The position numbers and the translations under genes are program-made. A DNA stretch of 63,854 nt, the filler included, from Klebsormidium nitens (Eukaryota; Plantae; Klebsormidiophyceae): the NCBI GenBank assembly GCA_000708835.1. It is 3 parts of 3 records of this genome, joined end to end, with 100 filler letters (N's around TTAATTAATTAA, not from the genome) between each part and the next. Parts side by side here need not be neighbours in the genome. Positions count along the whole stretch, not along the records: positions 31,217 to 59,042 come from DF237773.1; positions 59,143 to 63,854 come from DF238237.1; 1 more part is not named here. One strand, 5' to 3'. Below the pieces are notes generated by a model that did not search any database, had not been told where the DNA came from, and saw nothing but the letters and a program-made list of their open reading frames with translations. Positions 47,838 to 59,147 of the stretch are shown here, in pieces; position 1 is the first letter of the stretch, and each line of letters starts with the position of its first letter.

Positions 47838-49231
47838 TCAGCACTCCTTGTAAATACTACTCAGCACTTTCAGCTTCTCCAGTTGGTCCCCTTTGGCCAG
47901 CCCTGGCTTAACATAGCATATCTGGTAAACCGGTTTCCAAAGCTCCTTCTCCCCAAACTCCAGAACCTGCCGCCACTTAGGGTCCTTCCGCCGCAGCATA
48001 TCCGCCACCTCGCTCGTCTCCTCGCACGGCTCCAGGATCAGCAGCCAAGTCTCCTCCGCCGCACCAGGCCTCTCCCTCACTTTCCGCACACCCACTATCG
48101 TGCGCGAGTGCCCTTGTTGCTGAAAGTAGAGCGGCGGTTTGTCCACCACTCGCACCTGGGGCTGTCTGCAGTTCCCGTCCTTCCACTTCTCATCCGCTTT
48201 CAACCCGTCCGTGAAGTAGCGCCAAACCCACTCAAACAGCCTGGTGTGCCGCACGCCGCGCTTGGGGTCTAATTGGGACGGCGCTTCCCCCCCCTTGGAC
48301 GGCGCGGCGTTGTCCGCATCGTCCGAATTTGAGTCAGGAGCCTCCACCCGGATGAAGTGATTCAGCCTGCCCACAGGTTGCTTTGCAAACTCCTTGTCCA
48401 GGGCCTTCTTACAGTCCCCGCAGACGTTGTAGTCATCCTTCACGTTGCACTTGTAGTAGTGCTTGCCCAGGGTTTTGTTGCACCGCGCGCACATGTTCTT
48501 CTTGACGTTGTCCTTTTGACCTGACCCGGTAACCACGGACGTCTCCAGGACGTCGTCATCCACGTTCCCAGCGCGCAATTTGATGGCTGCGGCGGCATCA
48601 AACTGCACTATGCAGGCTCGCACGCCCATAGACCTGAGAATCACCGCGCACTCTGTGGTTCCAATCCACTTGGACGTCCCCACAATCTTCCAGTCTAGCT
48701 GGTCCGCTCCCTCCACATCAAACCCAATGTTCCAAGCGGCCTCTAACCATTGCTGCAGGCAGGCAATGTCTGGGACGACCGCCTTGCCTGGGTAATGCTT
48801 GCAGATCTCCTCGTTGCGCAGCAGGTTGGATAAGTACATCTGGATGTTGCGCCAGCCGCAGCCCCACCCCTCGTCCTCCCCCCTGAGACACCCAAAGTGA
48901 TCCACGTTCATGCAGATAACCGCCTTGCTCTCAGTCTTCCCCTCAGTCAACCGCTCCTCTAACAGATGCATTAACCCCTCTGGAACCTCCACAAACCCCT
49001 GCTCCAGCTGCTCAAACCTCCCCAGTCTCCCGTCCATCCTTGCCCGGTGTGCGCAAGAGCTCTCCTGCGCCGTCTGTAGTTCATTACCCTATCACAAGGT
49101 AATGGCGCGCATGGCAGCAAAAAACTAGACCAACAGCCCAGGTCTTCGATGTTGCTGGAAAAGCAATCCGATACCTGAGAACTAGGGACAACGAACCGGT
49201 TGAAAAATTCGTCGAACAGGGTTCCAGCCAT
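47838..49231 (-). CDS. ZUP1/ZUFSP-like peptidase family C78 (Ub/UFM1-type deconjugase) with an inserted ZZ-like zinc finger
   Basis: DEGWGCGWRNIQM (catalytic Cys), WIGTTE, PLYFQQQGHSRTIVG (His), LLILEP. A probable short first exon 49231-49175 joins at 49064 in phase 0. Confidence 0.85.
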
Positions 49232-52200
49232 TTGGGCTGCACCAGCATTCGGTACTAAATGCTTGGCGCGGTCACCCCGAAGCTGTCTTTTGTCATCACC
49301 CGCAGTGAGGCTAGCAGTAAAGGCGCCGGCATCGGCCGGTGTCGCGCGAATTTAATTCAAGATCGAATGTCGCGCGCGGCCGCGTCGGCGGCGAACAACT
49401 AGCCGTGCGAGGAAAAAACAGAAGGCAGCTGGGGGCCTGACGAACGACCGTAACGCTAGTGCAGGCCCAAGAAGAGCTGGATGGAGGGCTACGACGCGAG
49501 TCCGATAGAGCAGGGAGTATGGGAAGCCGAAGGCGACTGGGCTGAGGCGAGCAGGTAAGTTGAAAGAATTTTGAAGTATACAAGGGTGGGCCAGGGTGGG
49601 AAGCGCAAAATTCTTCCTAAGCGGGCGCCATGGCGCCCTTCGAAAGCTCTTCCGAAAATGCACAGGACCACTGCGGGGTCTCATGCATTTTTGTGCCGAA
49701 AGTTCGGTAGTTCGCAACCGTCCGATTCGAGGTATCGTAATCGGACCAATCAAAAAGTTGTCCACTATCAATTTTCTTAAAAAAAAGGGGTCTATTCACA
49801 TGCTAGGCTGTGCCCCAAAGTGTTTGAATTGAAACGGTAGTGGGAAGACGCGCTTTGACTTTAAGTGAAGCCAAAAGCGCATTCTGAAGTCCTGGTTTGG
49901 CAGTAAGCTCTGCGGCCTTCACAGCGCGCCATCTGTCAAGCAGGGAGTGAGACTCTCGGGGTAGGGAGATCCGTTTTCTTTGCATCCCTACCGTCTGGTT
50001 AAGTATACCATAGTTTTAAGATACCCTCCCGGGAGACAGAGGGAGTTATTCTGCCGGTTAGGGCTAGTTTGGGCAGGTGCCTATACTACGTCAGAAGTTG
50101 GTTTGATACTTTCAAGTTAAAGCCCCCGGTGGAAAATGATCTGGGTTAACACAAGACCCGTAGTTGCCGTTACTCCAATCCTACCCGGTTTAGCAGGCGG
50201 TTCAAGTTTGCTGAGCTGTCAGCTCGAACGAGGCAGAGAATGGCTGTTGGCGAGAGGGAAGTTCCTCGCCAGTCTGCCAAGCGCTTCCTTCATGTTCAGC
50301 AAGGCGAGAGGGCCTTGGTTCGTGCTTTATTCCTCAGCAAAGTCTGGTATCGACCGCAAGACCATCTGCACCCACTGCTTTGCATAGTACGGGTGATCAC
50401 CTGCAACAGGTACACAGCAGTCAAGCAAGCGCTTCATTCGATATTTTTTACGTGGGCCCAGGAAGAAAGTTTGTTTTAGCTCCCTTGCATAGAGAAGAGC
50501 GTCAAAGCTTCGTCGCTGTGAACAGTTATAGGGGTTACTCAGTACACCAATTCACAAGAACAATTGTCTGCGCCAATCAAGCTATGGCACAAAATGCATT
50601 AGCAGGACAGGCTCCATTGGCGGGGCGATATGCAATCTTCATAACAGGTATGGCAGAGTCACAGGAATCAGAGTGTTTGCTGCAGCTTGATCGAGTCTGC
50701 TTGAGATCTTAGCATAGAAATGTGTCACAATGTGTCTTGAATGTGCCAAGAGACTGGGTGCCCTGCAACTGAATCTGTGCTCTCGAAGCAGGAATGAGAC
50801 ACCAATTGGCTGGCTTCTGACAGTTCATCAATCATTGTGACGATGTTTTGGGAAAGCTTGCAACTTAGATGACCTAGGCATCGGAGTAGCAGAGCAGAGA
50901 AGCGGTTGGAGTTGGTCACGAGGCAGGGGTCAACCACCGATTAGCTTGCGTTTTTTACAATGCCTTACCCTTTGTTCAGATGTTAAGGACATGTAATTGT
51001 CCTTGGAGACTCAATCTTCTGAGTATCAATCAGAAAGAGCGGAAAAAACAGTAAGTCCTTGGTGGTGATTAAACAAAGGCTGCAATCATGAGGCAGGAGT
51101 GACGCTTGCTGAAGTCATTGTTCTGAACCTTTGGGGAATCTTATTGAGGCCTAAGATTGATGTAGCACAGTGAAATAGCGATTGGTTTTACAAATGGATT
51201 GGTGGTGAAAGCCCAAAGGCTGCCAAGCAGGGCTACGGCAGGTGAAGCCAGTAAAGAAATATAACAAAGAAATCTAAGGATTGTGGTTGTCAAGCGCTGC
51301 CAGAAACAGAGCAAGCCTTTTGATATAAAAATGGAGCCTGTGTTGCTGGATTATCTGTGGCACCAAGTTTTCATCAGTTGGCAAGAGGATGTTAGGCAAT
51401 CTGGCAATGAACCATTCCTCAGTTAGTGGGAAGGGGAGCCTTAGCAATGAAGCATTACAAACGCATAGCCACTTGAGTAATTTGTATAGGCTGGGAATGT
51501 CTTAGGGCTCGTGTGTTTTACCTGCCATGTAGATTCTTCTTTTACAGGACTTGAGTGTAATCCTAGGTTCAATAGGTTGTTTGTGCTGTTGTAGGGGAAG
51601 ATGTCAAAGGGCTGAATCTGGTACGAACACTCCTTGCATTTCCAACCGAGAGCGTTTCTCAAGGTCTCGAATCTCAGATCCACAAGTCGGTCAATGAACC
51701 GCAAATGTTGCTCCCTCAGGTCGGAAAGGATTTCCTGCAGGCGTTGCGTTTTGTAACAACTCGGGCAGATTTTTGCCTGCAATCTTACACATACAGCCCA
51801 TCATGTGGCAATACATTTTCACTTCTATCGTTAAGAACCGCATGTGACCGTGTGGATCAAAGCCTTCCCATCGGGGCTCATCTGGATTCAACATCAGTAA
51901 GGCTTACACACCTTGAACGTGTCCTGTCCTGGAGGTTACTATGTTTTCAAGGGGATTGAGCGATCGGATGTGCCAATCCAGGGAATAAAGCTCCTGACCT
52001 CAAGTCGTAAAGCAAAGTTCATTGATAACGGCATAACTTATTTGTGTCAGGTTACGTTCGAAAGTCATGGGTTAGCTAGACATCATAACCTATTTCTGTT
52101 CAAAGCATGCAGGATCCATTTGCATAGGTTTGGGCTGAAGGTTTCGGTTATAGGGATCAGAAGTTTCCTGTTTGTGGTTATGAGCGGAAATAACTACACA

Positions 52201-52248
52201 CTTCGAAAGGGCCCTGAAAGATTGCTAGAAGGCACTTTGGCATCTCAA

Positions 52249-52286
52249 AAACGCCCTGAATTTTCACGTGAAAATTCAGGGCGTTT
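52249..52286. repeat. Perfect spacerless 38-bp palindrome
   Basis: AAACGCCCTGAATTTTCAC|GTGAAAATTCAGGGCGTTT. Confidence 0.9.
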
Positions 52287-53038
52287 GTTCGCTCCTTAAG
52301 GTTATGAAAGCGGTTATAGTTCCCTGCACGGGTGTTTCCAAACACTTCTGCTTGGTTACAGGGTTGCATCTGGATTGTCACGTCGTGGTTATAGATCGGT
52401 ACAAGTCCTGTTCTAGACAATATAACCAATGTCTATGGATCTGAAAACGATGTCCGGCCTGCTGAGCTCTCCGTGCGCGGATCGGGCGAGCATGGCCCTG
52501 CAGAGCAAGCAGAGGAGTCTGGGCACGTTCATGTGAGTAACATAGGTACGATTCGATGCGACAAAAAAATATCGGACGGTCGCTCAAGATGCGTGCATAC
52601 ATGCAATTAGGGTGGGAATCCACATACTACGACATACAGTCTGTCCAAGTGAAATGGCACACCTCGCCAATCGTAAGTCAATGCAAGGATCCTGAGCAAC
52701 AATGGGTCTTCAATGACTGTATTTGGCAGGCGCGTGACGGTATTGATCCCGGTTCTTTACCAACGGCTGATGGGTCATCACAAGGCCCGATGATAGCGCG
52801 TCTCATTCCATTCAGCCTGAAGCTGTTGTAGAAGCACAATCGCACAGTCGCATCAGCCAGATCAGATCATAGGCACCTACGTTATCATAGAGATGCCCGG
52901 TCAAACTGCAGCTGTAGCTATGCTGGTGCCCGCAATAGGTACTGCGAAAACAGCAGATCTGCATACACCACTGTCAATTGCATGAGACTATTCATGCATG
53001 TACTCAAGTTCAATTGTCACAAGAGCTGTGTAACTTTC

Positions 53039-53640
53039 TCATATCCAGGGCAGTCCTGCTAGACGGCCTATCTTCTCCACGAGTTCCTTGGGTATCAACC
53101 ACAACTTCTCTAACGCAACAATTACTGCTACTTGTTTCCGGACCACTGATTCGGCAAGCTCTAAGGACTCCTTATCCAAGCAGACGCCTAGTGTCCGTGC
53201 AAGCCGAGCGCACTTTGGCCCAGAAACAGCCAGGCCTGGTCTCAGGATGCGGCCAAAGTGCCCCTGCTCCAAGAGCACCCGAAAGAGGAGCATGCAATCA
53301 TCTCGAATTGCGAGGCCACCAACATCCTTCGTCAACCCACATTTTTCAAATGAGTTGACATCTGCGCCTCGGCTCAGCAGCAGCTCGCAGACTGCACTCT
53401 GCCCTGCCATAGCAGCGCAGTGGAGCCCCGTCCAACCCTCTCCATCGGCTGCGTTTATGTCAGCCCCCCGGCCCAGCAGCAGTTCGCAGACTGAACTCTG
53501 CTCTGCCGCAGCAGCGCAGTGGAGCGCCGTCCGACCCTTTCCATCGATTGCATTCACATCAGCACCCCGGCTCAGCAGCAGCTCGCAGATTGCACTCTGC
53601 CCTGCTATAGCAGCCCAGTGGAGTGCCGTCTGACCCTTCC
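53039..53640 (-). CDS. Ankyrin-repeat protein (at least 3 repeats), 5' end lost in the gap
   Basis: Three 33-aa repeats G(Q/R/W)T(A/G)LHxAA...CELLLxRGAD(V/I)N. Confidence 0.88.
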
Positions 53641-53660
53641 NNNNNNNNNNNNNNNNNNNN

Positions 53661-54311
53661 GGGGGCTGCCCAGCACAGTCTATCAATCATATCCGAAGGA
53701 ATACTTGTGACGGTTGCAACTACGACATTTCCGCCCACAATGCTGCTCGAAAGAAGGCAGCAGAAGAGACGAAAAAAGTGAAGATTCCGGCGCTCCCTGT
53801 CGTTCTGAAAGCAGCAAGCCGGGAGGTTGCGAAACTGCACAAGCTCGGCTGCTCAGTCTCGCTTATGGTGCAAACGCCTAGAACAAGAAAGCAGGCAACC
53901 CAGTGGTACTTTGACTCTGCCAGCACCAAGGGGAAAGCATCCTTGGACAAACACAAAGGGTATTTCAGGAAGGCAATGAAAAACGAGGTCGAGGGGGAAG
54001 TCAAGGTGGAAGAAGGTGCTAAGTCGAGTGAAAAGGTCGTCGACGCGTCGGAGCAAAAGACTGTCAAGCCCACGGGTGCCGGGTCGGCCAACTTATTTAT
54101 GCTACCTGCAAATCTTGAGGATCTCGTGAAGGGGTTTGGTGACCTCTACCCGGAGACTGTGATTGACACAATGCTAACGGCTTTGAAGAAGCATTACATA
54201 GATTCGAAGACCGCAAAAGCGTCAGTGGACATAAGTGCATTGCAGAGCATCTTTGGCAAAGATTTGCTTGGCCCTTCCCTCCGCTTCTTGAGTAGTGTCA
54301 AAGAGTTGTAA
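53661..54311 (+). CDS. Hypothetical protein with an N-terminal Zn-ribbon-like motif, 5' end lost in the gap
   Basis: The frame is open from the gap edge: GGCPAQSINHIRRNTCDGCNYDISAHNAARKKAAEETKKVKIPALP..., contiguous with the tracked ORF 53778-54311. Confidence 0.5.
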   Translation, partial: GGCPAQSINHIRRNTCDGCNYDISAHNAARKKAAEETKKVKIPALPVVLKAASREVAKLHKLGCSVSLMVQTPRTRKQATQWYFDSASTKGKASLDKHKGYFRKAMKNEVEGEVKVEEGAKSSEKVVDASEQKTVKPTGAGSANLFMLPANLEDLVKGFGDLYPETVIDTMLTALKKHYIDSKTAKASVDISALQSIFGKDLLGPSLRFLSSVKEL

Positions 54312-55698
54312 GTGACATCTCTATCGACGTGGGCCAGTACTGCTCAAAAATGTTGAATCGAACCGTCTACCTCTGGGGTTGGCAGTCTCAGTCTGACAAC
54401 CTGTGTATAAGACGGATTTGCAGGTCAGGATAAGCGAAGCACGTTAATTAGCTTCTGCCGAGCTAGCAGTACATGTCACCGAATAACGCTTCATATACTG
54501 TTGTCAACATGCAATTCACAATGGAATGGCTAGTTGATCATTTAAAAGGACGCCATCACGTGGGCCTCTTTGAGCGCTTGATATATAATCTCGCAATTTG
54601 AGTACCGCAATGAGGCTATGGCAGTGACACTGATTCGTTGGCACTGACCTGAGGCATCTGAGTCTTAGTACGTACATGCGAACAATTGATCACGGGGTCA
54701 CACCGTTCAATTGCATCATTGCGCCGAGATTGGAAAATCCTCGATTTCATGCACTGTCACTGTTCTTCCACTTAGGTTACTTAGTGGTCTGTTTCGGCCT
54801 GCAGGCAACACTTAATTTGACAATTCAATTGGACTATAAGCATGGACGACCTTCGATCACATGCAACAAATATTGGTACACTAGATGTCAAATGCATGCG
54901 AATCCTCATGGACTACTGTAAGCTGCAGCGTCCGCGACTCACGGTTGCAATATCATACATCTGTCACTGTCATTCACTTGAAGGTGGGTAATACTATTTG
55001 CAACATATACGCAGAAAATACGTACGGTAGTACCGTACAACTAGGACACAAATTGTAAGGCAAATATTGACATTCATTTCAGCATCCGAGATTCCATGAC
55101 GGGCAATTGTTTAGATTCAAGCGGACTCGGACCATAATAGTACGTAATATTGGTACGTGCTTGCAACTTATGAGGGAAGTTAGTAGGAGGTTCCTACGGT
55201 CTCATGCTAGCACAAATATGGTATATTAAATGGTGAATATAGAACACTTTTCCCCAAATTGACTTGAATGTGAAAGCAAGCCAACTCGTTGATATGCGTT
55301 GAGCGCGCGACATACGTATACCCAACTCATGCCCACTCTCATATGTGCCAGTGCAAATCGTGCGGCCTCGTCCGATGGAGTACTCGAAATACACATACAA
55401 TCCCAGACTCATAATCGGTTGCCCGATACATATGGCCAAACTTCTAAGCTCAAAATAATTCCCAAATTTTGGCGACCACGAAATTACTGTCACTTGGTAG
55501 CGAAAGTTGACAATTCAGTATGTTGCACCGCTTGCCGGCTTATAGTACGACGAGATCAACGGCAACATTTGGAAGACGAGTCTAGCCAAAGATTATGAAG
55601 TCTTCACACAATCGTTTGCACGATTGGAACAACCGATAGAAATGTCGCGGGAGACGATCAAAGCAAAGTTTTGAGAAGCATCGGGCAACAGCAATTCC

Positions 55699-58600
55699 TC
55701 AAGCTCCACCACTTACGGTTTTCAGAAGGTCCTCAATTTCCTGCTCCGAGAAATAACCTACGGTTCTAAGTACATCTCGAGAGAGGTCGGGGAGTTGCTC
55801 AACGCTCAAAGCGCACCTGAACAACCGATGCAGAAACGACGAGAGACCCAAGCCCACCAAACGATCCGACAAAGCCCGAAAACGGGCCAGTTCTGACACT
55901 TCCAGCCGTTCGTGCGCTTGAGCAAACTCTTCCTCAAGTCGAATCCCGGAGGTCGGGTCCGGAGATTCAGGCACAGTGCACCCCGCCGTTTGAGTCTCTA
56001 GAGGGGCGAACGGGAATGTCGCCTTCGCCTCCCCAAGCCGAGCGACCGCTGCTGTTCTAGCTTTGGAGAGAAGGGCCCTACAACCACTCCTCACGACCCT
56101 ATCGTTTCTAAGACGGTCTTGAGAAACCCAGTATCTTGGGAGCTGATTCTCTTGCCTGTCGGACTCTCCCTCAGGACCGATGTTGTCTTCCAACGAGTGA
56201 CCGTCGAGCCTGTTTAGAGCCTCTATTCTGCTGCTAAGGTCGCTTACTATATCGGAGTAATAAGCTAAGACACTTCTTTGCTCAGCCGCTAAAAGGCGTG
56301 TCTCTTCTCGTAGGCGTTGTAAGTAGTTGAATGCTTCGACGACTTCCACCTTCCGCTTGAAGGCGACTGTCTTCTGCCTTCGGGCTCCCACAACAAGCAA
56401 CTCCTCCGGCCGGCCCTCAAACTGCCAAGGCAGCTGCGCACCAGCTAACAGGTCCGACGCGCTCGCCGGGTCTCGATGCTTCCTTGGGTCCCCTTTCTGG
56501 ATGACTACATTGTACCGACTGACGGCTGCTTCAACCTGCTTCTTGACCTCGCCCTCTTTCTTCCGCATCGACGCGCGCATCTTCGCCGAATCGGCTTCGC
56601 TCGCTATCCTTAACTTCGACTTTTCCAGACTGTGCAGGAGAGCTTCGATCTCGACTTGCAGTCCTGAGATGGTGTCCTCAGCCAACTCAGTCCTACTTGC
56701 TTCGAGCACTCTTTGTCTCGCTTCTTCAGAAACCCCGGGCTCCGCCTCCTGACCGAAAAGTTCTCGCTCTAGTTCTTTTACTTTCTTCTCTTTTACGTGC
56801 AAGTCTCTTGTCACCTCCGCGGTGAGCGAACGGACCTGCTGCACGGCGTCAGAACAGAGCAGGTTGTCCTCGAACGACTCCGACTGCCGGAATGCTTCAA
56901 GTTCGCGCGCGGCCTCGACCTCGGTCACTAAGGTGAAATACTTTACAGCCGCGCTCGGAGCTCGCGATGACCGGTTGAGTTGCTCCCTTGCAACCTGTTG
57001 CACCTCGCTTTTCCAGTCTCGAAACTTCTGGAGGGGGATTTGGGAGGCCGACATCTCGAGCATCTCTTGACAGAGTCGCTCCAACTCTTGCGCAGCTTCG
57101 ACTGTCCGTGTTTCGTTCTGGTCCATCCTGCATGAAGGAGGAGCGGATATTCGATTCAGCAAGAGATCAAGCAGGGATTCGCTTTAAAAATATGCTCAGA
57201 ATGCATTGCTTGAGTGTCGATCGCTCGAAGCAGGGTGGTCCGTAAACTACTCCGTATTGTCCTCCCCAAGAGTCTTGTTATAACCTGACGCGCTGATCAC
57301 AGGCTTGCTGACGACCTGACGTGCCAGAACGCCATAAGATGAACCTGATCCAGATTGCATACATTAAAGCAAGCGTAACTTGATTCGAAGAGAAAGCAGA
57401 GAAATGAATCAAAAGCTTCGCAACTCTTTGAAGGGAGTTGCAGAGGAGAGACGCTCTATATACTGCCTTGCCTACTTGCGGTTTCTACGGATTCAAAACC
57501 GAATGATGCAAGGCGGCGTGGTCGAAGTAGCGAATGCGAAGCGAACCTTCTAGCCAACGACTGTGCCATCCTGGCCCGCTTGTCCTCGTTCCAGTACAGG
57601 GTGGCCTTGGTGATGCGCTCCGCCCTCCCTGAAAGTCACATTGAAGAGTCGGTTCGTGAAAGAATGTTACAGTCAACTGGGAGATCGAAGAAGACACCGT
57701 CTAACGAAGATTGAAGGGGCCTGCACTCCGGTCCAGATTGTTGTGTCCTGAAAGCCATGCTGCCAGGTCGAGAGGGCCCGCTCTGGTGGTCCGACAAGAA
57801 TGAAGCTGGTGTGAACAACTGCTCGAGCAACACGACAAAGAAAGTGTCCACAGCGGACAGATTTGGAAGGAAAATTCTTCGCATGCCGAACAAATATTAC
57901 GCTTTCAAAAGCTGCATGCGACTCTCATGCTGGACCCATATTCTTGGTCACAAGCCCGAACCTTGACATGTAGGAGAAGTACATCTCCATGTCCTCCCCG
58001 GATCCTGCTCCGGCCCCATCCTGCCACCGGCCTCCAAAGACGGCCTGCCAACATGGAAGACATACGATGAAGGTTCCTTAGAACATTGACTGCCGTGCGT
58101 GTAAGCTCAAAGCCAGATGCAATCGGAAGCTGTTTCGAGAATTCGTGGTGACGGCATGCACTCGCAAAATCAGCAATGAGACTGGACAATTCGGGGAGGT
58201 TCGTCAAAGAACTTTGCCCCCACGAGCAACCCGTAGATGATGCAATTTCTCAAACATCGTTCAAAAACCGCATGTTTCGACCTCGTTCTGGAGAAACTCG
58301 TCAAAGTAAAGCCACGCACTTGCTTGAAGCTCGATACAGGATATCAATCCAGCCTACCGATGATTCAGACGCCTCAGTCTAGATAAACCCCATCGAAAGG
58401 AGAGTACCTCAGGCTTGTGATCACAGTCCGGCTAGTTTTGAAAGCAAAGTCTTCTTAAATAATGATACCTGAGACTGAAGAAACACAATAGGAACTCAGA
58501 ATCATGGCAGATGATTCAACGGCAACGAGATGAGCTTGCGGGGCCCTGACCAAAACACACTAGGTTGCGCTCCCTTTCATGGTCGAGCTGACATGGTAGC

Positions 58601-59042
58601 TTTTGCAACGGGAACCTGAGTTGAAATGCCGGCATACCTAGCACTGCCAGGAATGAAGCTTTCCGTGCATGATGTTGAGTGCGGGCTTGGTGCTGCCGCT
58701 CTCCGACCCTTCCCCCATCTGGTCCAGCGCCTTCTCGCGCCACGGCCAGTACTTGCACACGATGTCCTGCCAAAAGAAGCGTGGGTGCCGCCCCTGGATG
58801 AAGTGGCGGTCCAGGAAGTATGTGTAGCCGAAGCGCTCCCCGGTGCGGACAAGGTTAACCGCCTTCATGCCTACCTGATGGCGGCAACCACAAAACACCG
58901 CCCCCGTCTCAGCCTGGCCCCGGATGGCGCTCCGCGTGTCTCGGGCTGCTTTCCACTCCCCCGTCCCGCACTGCACGTCTGGCCGCCGAACCCCAAGCTG
59001 CAAATCGAGCGCTTCTAGAGTACGCAGGACGCCTTCGTCTTC
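55699..59042 (-). mobile_element. Kyakuja-Dileera-Zisupton (KDZ) transposase, spliced and decayed; 5' part in the gap
   Basis: ETGAVFCGCRHQ...GERFGY...QDIVCKYWP...MHGKLHSWQC (58638-59003), GGRWQDGAGAGSGEDMEMYFSYMSR...TKNM (57928-58044), and a long 3' exon with RLREETRLLAAEQRSVLAYY (55699-~57130). Confidence 0.8.
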
Positions 59043-59147
59043 NNNNNNNNNNNNNNNNNNNNNNNNNNNNNNNNNNNNNNNNNNNNTTAATTAATTAANN
59101 NNNNNNNNNNNNNNNNNNNNNNNNNNNNNNNNNNNNNNNNNNACGAC

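Noticed and set aside
50100-52900. Lower-GC stretch with short ORFs that might be a decayed retroelement or gene
   Set aside because: No RT, integrase or transposase motif recognised and the frames are heavily interrupted.
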